From contig CAVZVU010000002.1 in the NCBI GenBank assembly GCA_963778795.1, positions 120,052 to 184,051 of the forward strand: a DNA stretch of 64,000 bases, read 5' to 3'. Positions 22,241 through 32,143 of this stretch are shown here, piece by piece (position 1 is the stretch's first letter; every line of letters begins with the position of its first letter). The position numbers and the translations under genes are program-made. The notes under the pieces are model-generated. The model searched no databases, was not told the DNA's origin, and worked only from the letters and a program-made list of their open reading frames with translations. The DNA is from an uncultured Pseudomonadota bacterium. GTDB taxonomy: Bacteria > Myxococcota_A > Polyangia > Fen-1088.

Positions 22241-24751
22241 CTACGGGATCGTCGGCGTTCCGGTGGCGAAGTACGATTGCAGGAACGCCGACCAGTCGGC
22301 GATCGCCGCCGGATCGCGTAGCGCGACGAAGTTGCCGTCGTAGCTACCGCTGCCCGCGCCGCCGTCCCCGGCGCCCGCGTCACCACCGCCGCCGGCGGCC
22401 GGCATGTACTGCGCCAGCACGCCGGTGCGCATCTTGCCGTCGCCCGCGGTGACGTCCAGGCTCACCGGCCGCGACACCAGCAACAGGTCCGCCATCTCGA
22501 CCAGCGGGCGGATGGCGGGGATGTGCAAGGTCACCGCATTCGGCTGCATTGTCGACGTCGGGGTATAGGTGTCGCCGACCCCCCAGGTCATGAAGACGTG
22601 CTTCGACACGCGACCGGTCGGCGGCTTGTTCAACGTCAGCGGATTGGTGTTCAGCGCATCGACCCGGTCGAAGAAGCTCTGCAGCAGCGTCATCACCGGG
22701 TGCGCGCCATCCAGCGGCTCACCGGCGGCAAACGTCAGCCCGGCGGAGAGATCGACGGGGCTGCGCCGGTCGAGCAGCGACGACGTCATGAACGCGCCAG
22801 CGCCCGACAGCACCGCCGCCCCCGCCGCGTCGGTGAACGGCAGCGCGAGCTCGCCCGAGGCGCTGCCCTGGGTGCGCCCGAAGAACGCCACCGCCGCCGG
22901 ATTGAACGCGATCGCCGCGCCGGTGGGCGAGGCGGCGGCGCTGACGGTGACGCCGGCGACGCGCAGCGCCTGCACGACGTCGGCGGCGCCCTGCAGGTAG
23001 TTGTCGCGCGCGGCGCGCGGATTCAGCAGGTTGAAGATCAGCCGCTCGGGGCTGGTGGTCGAGGCGCCCCGCCGCGCGCCGTGCTCGACCGCGTCGAAGC
23101 CGAGCACCGCCGCCGCCGGCGTCCCGCCCGCGAGCGCCGCGGCGATCCCGTCGGTGACGATCGAGCGCATCGAACCGCCGGTGTCGTGATGATAGACGAC
23201 CAGCGGCCAACCGGAGGCCGGCGGCGCAACCCCCTTGGGAATCGCCAGCGCGAAGCAGACCGTCTCGGTGCGCGCCAGCTGCGGGACACCGGCAGTCTCC
23301 AGGATGCCGCCCCCCGCGGCGGTCGTTTCGTAGGGCGGCGTCCCCTGCTGGAAGATCGGAACGCTGAGCCTGCCGTGGATCTCATAAAACTTCGCATCGG
23401 CAGCCACGCACGCCCGGGATGCCGCCGGGGCGGGCGCTATCCCGCCGTCGGTCGTCGCCCCGCCGTCGGTCGTCGCCCCGCCGTCGGACGTTGCACTGCT
23501 GGCGCTGGTGTCGGCACACGGCGAGGTGACGCCGGCGTCGCACAGAGTCAGCGCCGACAACACCGGCGCCGGCTGGCCCGCGGCCGCCGCCGCGATCCGC
23601 TGCGCGTGCCCGGCCGCGTCGGCCACCGTGAAGACCGCCGCCGCCGCGACCGCGGGCGCGGTGGTGCCGCGGCTGGCGAGCCAGTCGCGCAGCGGCTGGT
23701 AGGTCACCCAGGCCGTCGCCAGGGTCGCGTCGGTCGTCGGCTGGGTCGACGCCAGCAGCAGCGCCAGGTCGGTATCGGCGACGGCGGCGGCACCGTTCGT
23801 CGATCGGATCGCGGTCGTCAGGATCACGGCGTAGGTGTGCCGGGGCTGCAGCGGCGAGTCGATCGCGCCCCGCACCACCAGCCGGTTCGCGCAGATGTAC
23901 TTCCCGCGCGATGAATTGAAGGCCCAGTTGCGCGCCAGCGCCGCGCCCAGCGAAGCGCCCGGCGTCAGATCGATGAACAGCACCGCGTCGCCGGTCGCCG
24001 TCGCGAAGTCGATCGGCGCCGAGAAGCGGAACGTCACCGGCGCGATGGTGCTGAAACCGTCGAAGTCGGCAGACCAGGCGTCGGCGTACAGGCGGACGAA
24101 GTCGACGCCCAGCGGCCCCAGCCCCGGCGTCGGGAAATCGTGGATGTCGAGCTGCCCGCCGCTGACGCGTAGGTTGTTGGGGAACGGCAGGCGAAAGAAG
24201 TCGGCCGGCGGCTTCGCGGGACGTGGCACCTCGAAGTAAGCGCGAAAGGCCCCCTCGTCGGCGCACGCGGCGCCAGAAAATGCCGGGAAGGCGGTCGCGA
24301 TCGGCTGGCAGGTCTGGTCGCGCGCGCACCAGAGCCCCGACAGACAGGCGGCGTGAGTCTGGCAGGACGACCCGACCTCGCCGGTCCCCGAGGTGGCGCA
24401 GACTCCGGTGAACCCCGCCAGCGCGCAGCGCAGCGGCGGCAGGCATTGTCCGTCGGTGGTGCACGACGCCCCGACCATGCCGCTGCCTCCGGTGGCGCAG
24501 ACTCCGGTCCCGCCGCAATAGAACCCAGCCGCGCAGTCGCGCGTCGCCAGGCACGCCGCGCCGGGCGCGATCGCGACCGGCGCGACGCATACGCCCGACG
24601 TGCAAATCTTGCCGCCGCTGCAGTCGGTATTGAGCCGGCACTGCCCGCCCGCGCCGGCGCTCCCGGTCGACGTCAGGTGACACCCGAGCAGCCCGCTCAC
24701 CGCGCCGAGCAGGGCCGCGGCCATCGCCAGGCGGCTTTCGGTCCGGGTCAC
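22241..24751 (-). CDS. Large lipoprotein: Cys-rich repeats, Ig-like region, degenerate alpha/beta-hydrolase fold
   Basis: LLG-C lipobox, C-x4-DC-x5-C repeats, FFRLPFP, GWPLVVY, NPRAARDNYLQGAAD, AVLSGAG, GVGDTYTP. Confidence 0.8.
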   Translation of the reverse strand: MTRTESRLAMAAALLGAVSGLLGCHLTSTGSAGAGGQCRLNTDCSGGKICTSGVCVAPVAIAPGAACLATRDCAAGFYCGGTGVCATGGSGMVGASCTTDGQCLPPLRCALAGFTGVCATSGTGEVGSSCQTHAACLSGLWCARDQTCQPIATAFPAFSGAACADEGAFRAYFEVPRPAKPPADFFRLPFPNNLRVSGGQLDIHDFPTPGLGPLGVDFVRLYADAWSADFDGFSTIAPVTFRFSAPIDFATATGDAVLFIDLTPGASLGAALARNWAFNSSRGKYICANRLVVRGAIDSPLQPRHTYAVILTTAIRSTNGAAAVADTDLALLLASTQPTTDATLATAWVTYQPLRDWLASRGTTAPAVAAAAVFTVADAAGHAQRIAAAAAGQPAPVLSALTLCDAGVTSPCADTSASSATSDGGATTDGGATTDGGIAPAPAASRACVAADAKFYEIHGRLSVPIFQQGTPPYETTAAGGGILETAGVPQLARTETVCFALAIPKGVAPPASGWPLVVYHHDTGGSMRSIVTDGIAAALAGGTPAAAVLGFDAVEHGARRGASTTSPERLIFNLLNPRAARDNYLQGAADVVQALRVAGVTVSAAASPTGAAIAFNPAAVAFFGRTQGSASGELALPFTDAAGAAVLSGAGAFMTSSLLDRRSPVDLSAGLTFAAGEPLDGAHPVMTLLQSFFDRVDALNTNPLTLNKPPTGRVSKHVFMTWGVGDTYTPTSTMQPNAVTLHIPAIRPLVEMADLLLVSRPVSLDVTAGDGKMRTGVLAQYMPAAGGGGDAGAGDGGAGSGSYDGNFVALRDPAAIADWSAFLQSYFATGTPTIP

Positions 24752-24967
24752 GAGCACCAGACCGTCCGATGATGAGACATCGACGCGGGCACCGAAACGG
24801 ACCGGGATGGGGGAGTCGGCAGCGACATGGCTGCCAGCAGTGTCCGCCAGCGTGCCGACCGCTGGCAAGCGCGACCGCGGATCATCCCCAAGCGCCGGGC
24901 GCCATTCCGGCTCGCGCTGTTCGCCAGGCTGGCGGCGATCACGACCAGACCATGACGCGCCCGACCC

Positions 24968-25042
<75 letters not shown>

Positions 25043-25346
25043 GTTTACTTTTGGCTGTCGCTACTTACGCTGCTCGGGCCGTCCTCGTCAACCTCACTCG
25101 CACCCAAGCCGCGCCCAACCCTCCCCCTTCCGTGTCCCACGGTGGGCGGCGAGTTCTATCACGGCGCCGCCCGGCCGGGAAAGGTCGACGCCGACGTTCT
25201 GACATCGCCGCACGCTGATTCAGGCCCAGCTCCGCCGGAGCTGCGCGCAGCCGCCAACCTCGGGTGGTTGGTTGCCGTCGCCGAGGTGCATGGACATCCA
25301 TCGCACTCATGCATCTGCTGACAGTCATCGGTGACGGATCGCGCAG

Positions 25347-25500
25347 GGACCGACGCTCGGGTACGCGATCCTCGTGCTGACGCTGATGCTCGCCCCCCGG
25401 CTCGCGGAGAAGCTGCGGCTGCCGGCGATGGTCGGCCCTGGGGCCCGCACGAAGGAGATCGCGCTCTCGGCGCTCGGCGAGTTCGGCTTGCTTGAGGCGA
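25347..25500 (+). pseudogene. Possible remnant of a cation:proton antiporter N-terminus
   Basis: YAILVLTLMLAPRLAEKLRLPAMVG..ALGEFGLL resembles the first helices of CPA2 antiporters, then degenerates. Confidence 0.35.
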
Positions 25501-25802
25501 TGCGCCGAGTCCCGTCGTTGGCGGACGGGCGGTTCCTGGTGGGCCATCGCCGCCCACGAGACCACCGTTCACAAACGCGAGGAACGCGTCGCCGGCCCGG
25601 TCGTGGTCGGACGAAGCCTGAAGCCGCACCCTGCCTGAGGAGACCACGGTCACGAGTAATTGCGGGCCGGCCGAGACCCCGCGCAGGCTCCAACTCAGGC
25701 TCCATGAAGGGCGAGAGCAAGACGGCAAGATTCAGCAGCGCACCTGACCGCCGCCCAATGAGCTGCAGCGATCGCCGCGACTCCTCGCAGGCTTACCTGC
25801 CT

Positions 25803-25829
25803 ATAATACTAATAATTACATAGTATTAT
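25803..25829. promoter_or_regulatory. AT-rich perfect inverted repeat, putative operator
   Basis: ATAATACTA-N9-TAGTATTAT. Confidence 0.65.
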
Positions 25830-25978
25830 GAAAATGTTCACGACGAGGCGGGGACGGGCCGCCACGGAGTGGCCCTCATCTCGCCCCGTCCGTCAATGCT
25901 CTCGTCGAAAGATGTCGATTGTGTGACGTGATTGTACTCACGGCAGTGGAAGGCAATCCCAAAACGTAGGACAATCAA

Positions 25979-27241
25979 TTGGTGTATTCCACGCCACAAC
26001 TGTCTTGTGATGAGAAGGCGGACGGAGAGGAAGTGGGGCGCACCACCCCATCCGTCGATTCAGTCGCTGGGTCGCCGACGATCTCCGCGGCACCCTCCCC
26101 GCCGACGGTCAGTAATGGCGTCGGCAAGCGAGTTATTCCGGAATCCAGTCACGCCCCACCGGAATTGGGGCGCTCACGAGAGAGCGGTCGGTCTGGCGCG
26201 TTCGCCGGCCTGGCGGAGTCCTGGAGCGCGCTCGAGGCGTCGGGCGTGTCGCCAACGCAACACTTCATCTGGGCCGACGTCTGCGCCGACACTCTGCACG
26301 ATGCGCCAGATCTGCGCCCGCTGGTCGTCGAGCGCGACGGGGCCACCACGGCAATCGCGCCGCTCGCGCTGGGGCCGGGTCCGCTGAGGCGCCTCGAGGC
26401 GGTGGGTGTGCGAACCCTCTGCGAACCGATGGACTTCATCTATCCAAACGAAGCTGCGTTGACGGCGCTCGTCGACCGCTTGGCCCGCCAACCGATCCCA
26501 ATCCAGATCGATCGCGTCCGCGCAGATTCGCCGCTCATCGGCGCGATCAAGCAGGCCTTCGAGGGCCGTGGGTTGGTGCACGTCTCCCCAGCCGGCCCGT
26601 GTCCTTACATCGATCTCGACGCCAGCTGGCGTGAGCCCGAGAAGCACTTCAACAGCGGCCGCAGGTCCGATTTCCGGCGCGCGCGTCGGCATGCTGACCA
26701 GCTTGGTGCCGTGACGTTCGAAGTGCGCTCGCCCGCGCCGCACGAGGTCGCGGCGCTCCTGGACGAAGCGCTGGCTGTCGAAGCGCAAAGTTGGAAAGGA
26801 CCGGCGGGCTCCGCACTGGCGCGGGATCCTGTGCGTGGCCGCTTTTTTCGCCGTTACGCGGCTGCCGCGAGCGCCCGAGGGATCCTGCGTCTGGTATTCA
26901 TGCGCATCAACGGTATCGCCGTCGGCATGCAGATCGCCATCGAGAGCAATCGCGGGTTCTGGTTGTTCAAGATTGGTTACGACGAACGCGTCGCGCGCTG
27001 CTGCCCCGGCACCTTGCTGATGCTCCATGCGGTCAAGTACGCCGCCGAGCGGGGCCTCGATTCGTTCGAGTTCCTCGGTAGCGTGGATCCCTGGACCTCG
27101 ACGTGGACCAAGACCCTGCGCCAGTGTGAAAGGGTCCAGACCTATCCGTTCAGCCTGCAAGGCGCCACGGCGTTGGCGTGGGACGGCGGGCGCTGGGCGC
27201 TGAGGCGCGTTCGTCGCAAACTGGCGAGCAAGTCGGCGTGA
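25979..27241 (+). CDS. GNAT N-acyltransferase, CelD/BcsL-like (start uncertain)
   Basis: AIAPL, PCPYIDL, FRRARR, VEAQSWKG, LFKIGYDE..PGTLL, FEFLG. Confidence 0.88.
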   Translation: MVYSTPQLSCDEKADGEEVGRTTPSVDSVAGSPTISAAPSPPTVSNGVGKRVIPESSHAPPELGRSRESGRSGAFAGLAESWSALEASGVSPTQHFIWADVCADTLHDAPDLRPLVVERDGATTAIAPLALGPGPLRRLEAVGVRTLCEPMDFIYPNEAALTALVDRLARQPIPIQIDRVRADSPLIGAIKQAFEGRGLVHVSPAGPCPYIDLDASWREPEKHFNSGRRSDFRRARRHADQLGAVTFEVRSPAPHEVAALLDEALAVEAQSWKGPAGSALARDPVRGRFFRRYAAAASARGILRLVFMRINGIAVGMQIAIESNRGFWLFKIGYDERVARCCPGTLLMLHAVKYAAERGLDSFEFLGSVDPWTSTWTKTLRQCERVQTYPFSLQGATALAWDGGRWALRRVRRKLASKSA

Positions 27242-28158
27242 GACGCGGTCTACGAGCGCCGGCGGGGGCGATCATGGGCTTGGGCATCCGGATGTCCGCT
27301 CGTCTCTTCATCCGCGGTAGCCGGTTGCCGGACGCCGTTCAGGCTTGCCGTCGTCTCTCGGCGCGCGGTCGTGCCAACACGCTCGGCTACTTCAACACCG
27401 ACTCCGAGTCGCCGAGGTCCGTCGCGGACTCCAGCCTCGCTGCGCTCGACGCGCTGGCGGGACTTGGCCCCGGGGGTTACTTGTCGATCAAGGCGCCGGC
27501 GCTTGGATTCGACGCGGAGCTCATCGGTGAGATCGTCGACCGCGCCGTTCGGGGGAGCGTCGGCATCCATTTCGATTCTCACGAGATTGATCAAGCCGAC
27601 GCGACGTTCGTCGCCATTCGGACGGCCCTGGATCGCTTCAATCGCCAGCGCGTCGCGGAGGCTGACGGCTCTCGGGACGGCTCTCGATTCGTGGGCTACT
27701 CGTTGCCGGGGCGATGGACGCGTAGCCTCGACGACGCCGACCGAATCATCGAGCTCGGTATACGTCCCCGCGTCGTCAAGGGGCAGTGGGGTGATCCGGC
27801 CGAGCCCGGGATTGATTCACGGGCTGGCTTCCTGGCGGTCATTGATCGTCTGGCGGGGCGAGCGCGCGCGGTCGGTGTCGCCACCCATGATCCACCCCTC
27901 GCCGAGGAGGCTTTGCGTCGCCTGGCGCGCGCCGGGACGCCGTACGAGCTCGAGCTTCTGCAGGGCCTACCAATGAACGGGGTCCTCCGTGTCGCGCGCA
28001 AGATCGGCGCGCCCGTGCGGATCTACGTCCCCTTCGGGGTCGCCTGGGTTCCGTACGCGCTCGAGCAGATCCGCAAGCGCCCGTATCTCGTGGGATGGGT
28101 GATTCGCGACGCGATCTTGGGGCGCTTCATCGACCAACCCCCGCTCGCGTTGCGCTAG
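27238..28158 (+). CDS. Monofunctional proline-dehydrogenase-like flavoprotein
   Basis: YLSIKAPALG, RVVKGQW, VATHDP, RIYVPFG; GTGA overlap with the GNAT gene. Confidence 0.8.
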   Translation: MRRGLRAPAGAIMGLGIRMSARLFIRGSRLPDAVQACRRLSARGRANTLGYFNTDSESPRSVADSSLAALDALAGLGPGGYLSIKAPALGFDAELIGEIVDRAVRGSVGIHFDSHEIDQADATFVAIRTALDRFNRQRVAEADGSRDGSRFVGYSLPGRWTRSLDDADRIIELGIRPRVVKGQWGDPAEPGIDSRAGFLAVIDRLAGRARAVGVATHDPPLAEEALRRLARAGTPYELELLQGLPMNGVLRVARKIGAPVRIYVPFGVAWVPYALEQIRKRPYLVGWVIRDAILGRFIDQPPLALR

Positions 28159-28303
28159 TGCACCGCTCTCGGCCCGATCGCGAGGCGCGAGGAGCGCGCA
28201 TACTGGACGTATGTAAGCGACGAGCAACGAAGCGAGCGGGCCGCAGGCGCGCCCGAATGCAGGCGGATTTCTGACTCAGGACACTAGATCCGATCGCGGT
28301 CTG

Positions 28304-31300
28304 TCAGTCCTTCTTCAGCTTCAGCTCGACGTGGCCGCCGCCGGCGCTGCCGTCGACTCGTGGCGTGATCAGAAACAGGCGGCTGGCCGCGCCGACGACG
28401 GTTTTTGCCAGCGTGCCCTGCACGGCGGTGGCGCGGCGTAGGGCGAGCGAGCGCAGGTCGTCGTCCTCGACGCGGGTGTTGGCGAGCAGCATCGCCTCCA
28501 TCTCGGGGGTCGTGACGCTCTTTTCCAGGCCGACCGCGTCCTTGGGCTTGGCGAACTTCTCGGACTTGTAGGCGGCCTCGAGCAGGCGCGGGCGCTCGCC
28601 GGGATCGAGGGCGACCTGGTCGGGCGAGGCGACGGCGGCCCCGGCCTGCACCATCTCGGTCAGCTTCCTGGCCTTGAGCCTGCGCTCCATCAAATAGGCG
28701 CGCAGGCCGTCACGATCGCGCTTGGTGTCGGCGCCGCCCTCGATCTCGAACGAGATGCCAGGGCGCTCCTGCAGCGCTTTGGCGAGAATGCCGAGCCGCT
28801 TCTGCGCGGTCGCGTCCAGGGAGGCCGCGCCCGCCGAAAACTCGATGCGCGACAGCTCGTCGCCGCCGCCGAACGCCGAGGCCAGCAGCGAGAACGGCGC
28901 GGTGACCGCCTTGACGACCAGGTTGCCGAGGACCTTGAGGATCGCGCCCCACACCTTGAACTCAGGATCGTCGAGCGAGCCGGCGATCGGCACCTCGATG
29001 TCGATCAGGCCACGCCGGTCCTTGAGCAGCGCGACCGCCAGCCGCACCGGAAGGTGGACGGCGTCGGGGCTGTCGACCCTTTCGCCGAAGGTGAACTGGT
29101 CCAGCACCAGGCGGTTGTGCGCGTCGAGCTTGCGGTTCGCGACCTTGTAGTCGAGCGCCAGATCGAGCTTCCCCTTGCTGACCTCGTAGCCGGCGAACTT
29201 GCCGGCGTAGGGGCTGGTCGGCGGCAGCTCGAAGTCCTTGATCGCGATCTTCATGTCGAGCGAGAGATCCTTCGCCAGCGGGTTGGCCTTGCCGACGATC
29301 GTCAGCGCGCCCGAGCGATTGATCGTGCCGTGAATGTCGACGTCGGCGGTGCTGCCGGCGGTTGACGAGAGACCGGCGACGCGTCCGTTGAGCTCGGTCA
29401 GCTCGGCGGCGTAGGTGGGCTGGATCGAGCGATCGCTGAAATGCACCTGGCCGCCCTGCAGCGTGACCTGGTCGATGGAGATCTGGGGCGCGGGGGTGGC
29501 GGGTGGCGGCGAGGACGGGGACGGGGAGGGGGGGACGCGGGCGCGCCTGGCTTCGTTGGCTTTCGGGGCGGCGCAGGTGGGGCGTCGGACTTGGCCAGGG
29601 CGTCGAGCAGGTTCAGGTGGGAGCCGGGAGACAAGACCACCCGCGACTGAAAATCACTGAGGCGGACGTCGTGGATCGCCACGACCATCGGTGAGCTCGC
29701 GATGCGCACGCCGCCGACGTGGAACGATCGCCACTTCAGCAGCGGCTCCTCGCGGTCGCGATCGACGGTCGAAAGGTTGGCGACCTCGAGGTCGGCGTTG
29801 CCGCTGATCTGAGGCTCATGCCCCGCCGGGAGCTTGATCGCCCCCTGTCCCCTCAGCGTGACCGAACCGCCGGTCACCGTCAGCCGCGTCTGGTCCTGGA
29901 AGTACGGCTGGAAGGGCAAGACCTCCAGCGCGCCCAGATCGAAGCGAGCGTTGACCGCCACCGGTTGCGCCCCCGTTGGCACCGGCACGGCGCTGCCCTC
30001 GATCTGGATGTGCCCGGTCTTGTTGACGCCGAGGCGCAGGTTGAAGCCGACCTTGGCGCCCGGCGCGGTCGACAGGTTGGTGATGTGCAGCGCCAGCCCG
30101 TCGACCGCGAGCAGCGCGCTCGGTTGCACCGCGCGGTCCTCGAACCGCACGCCCCACCGCTCGAGGTCGAAACGCTCGACGGCCACGATCCAGGCGGGCG
30201 GATGCGCGGGGGCGGCGAGCGACGATGACGCCGACGAGGATGCGGACGCCGACGCCGGCGGCGACGGAACGGCGGTGACCGGAGGCGCGGCGGGCGCGAC
30301 CAGCGTCGTCAGATCGATCGTGCCCCGCGCGTCGCGGGACGCGCGGATCTTGGCGTCGCGCGTGCTCACCTCGGCGACCTTGACGGTGTGCTCGTCGAGG
30401 TCGAGCGCGGCGCCGTGGATCGCGAGCGTCCCCAGGCGCAGGAAGTCGTCGTGGGCGTCGCGGCGCCGCAGAACGAGATCGGCCAACTCGAAGAAGGCGT
30501 CGCTGATCTGCACCGTCTGGTGCGCGCCGTTGCCCGCTCCCTCTTGCTCGAAGCGGTAGCTCGCGCCTAGGCGCAGGCGGCCGTCGGTGACGTCGAACGC
30601 CACGCGGTCGCGATAGTACGGCGCCAGGCGCGCCGGCTCGATGCCGTCGATGGTGACGGTGCCGGTCGCGGCCAGCGGCGTCAGGCGCAAGGTTCCGCGC
30701 TGGGCGAGCGTCCCCCCGGGCACGGCGCGCAGGCCGGCGGTCAGCTGGGCGACGACGCCGGGCGCGTTCGACAACCCCTTCGCCGTGACGGAGATGTCGC
30801 GCACGTCGCACGCGAACGCCGGCGCCACCGCCTGGTCGCGAAAGTGAACCGTCGCCTTCTCGAGCGAGAAGAGATCGACCGCGAAACGGGGCCCGGCAAC
30901 GCCACCCGGCTTGCCCGCGGCGCCGGACTTGCCCGCGGCGCCGGACTTGCCCGCGGCGCCGGACTTGCCCGCGGCGGGCGGGCCCGACGGCGCCAGATGC
31001 TCGAGGTTGAGGCTACCGTCGCGCCGCCGTTCGACGTGCAGGTCCAGACCAGCGACGCGAACCTTGGCGACATGAAACCGCATGGCGGTGAGATCGGCGT
31101 CGCCGATGACCACCTCGAAGGTATCGAGCGCCGCCAGCGGCGCCGCTCCGCTCGCGGTTGCACTCGCCGCCCCGGTCGCTGCCCCGCCCTTCCGCTTCTC
31201 CCGCACGTCGAGCTTTTCCAGCGCGATGCTCCCCTTGACCGTGAGCTGCGACGAATCGGCGCGCGGGCGCGCGAAGCCAACGTCGAGCGCGAGCGACAAG

Positions 31301-32127
31301 CGGGCCGAATCGACGGTGAACGGCAACGACACCGGAATGAACGGAACGTAACGGGTCAGGTCGAGCGATTGCAGCCGCAGCTCGAGGACCGTCTCCAGCG
31401 AGTCTCGAAACGGCTTGGTGCGGCCCGCCACCGAGAACGGCGTGCCGTCGACCCGCAAGCTCAACCCTGGCTCGACGAATGAATCGAGATAGACCGGCAG
31501 CGTCGACACGAACGGCACGCCGATCGACAGCGCCGTCACCTCGTGATGGTCGCCGAGCGGGCGATCGTCGAAGGTCACGGCGCCGTCGCTGACGCGGATG
31601 TTGTTCAGCGAAAACCGCGGCGGCGGCGCGTCGAGTGGCTCGGGCGGCTCGAGCGTTTTGGGCCGCGCCGCCAGCCGCGCCACGATGTCGGAGAAGTTGT
31701 AGGCGGAGGCGACGTCGGCCCAGGCGTCGGCCGTGGCCGCCGTGCGGACGATCCGCACCCGCGGCGACTCGAGGCGGATCTCCTGCAACACCGGCGCGCG
31801 CCGGAACACCGACGAGATCTGGGCATTCACGTACAGCCGCGAGAAGCCCACGAACGGCGTGCTGCCATCGCGCTCGAAGATCTGGAAGTCCTCGACCGTC
31901 AGCGACAGCGCAAACGGATTGATGCGCACCTGACCGATGCGGACCGTGCGCCCGAGCAGGTCGCCCAGCTGTTTCTGCGCGATGTGCCTGGCCAGCGGCG
32001 GCGCGACCAGGAACCCGACCACCGCGAACAGCGCGACCGCCCCTGCCGTGCCGACGACCAGCCGACGCAACCGACGTCGCCACCGGCGGCGTCGAGGCGT
32101 TGCCGCCTCCGTGGGGTCGCGGTTCAT
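28304..32127 (-). CDS. DUF748-domain (AsmA-like) protein with OmpA-like C-terminal region; frameshift near 29500
   Basis: VRINPFALSL, NFSDIV, FSDRSIQP, SPYAGKFAGY..KGKL, LPVRLAVALLKDRRG..GSLDDPEF, KAVTAPFSLL. Confidence 0.88.
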
Positions 32128-32143
32128 CTCATCTCATCTCATC

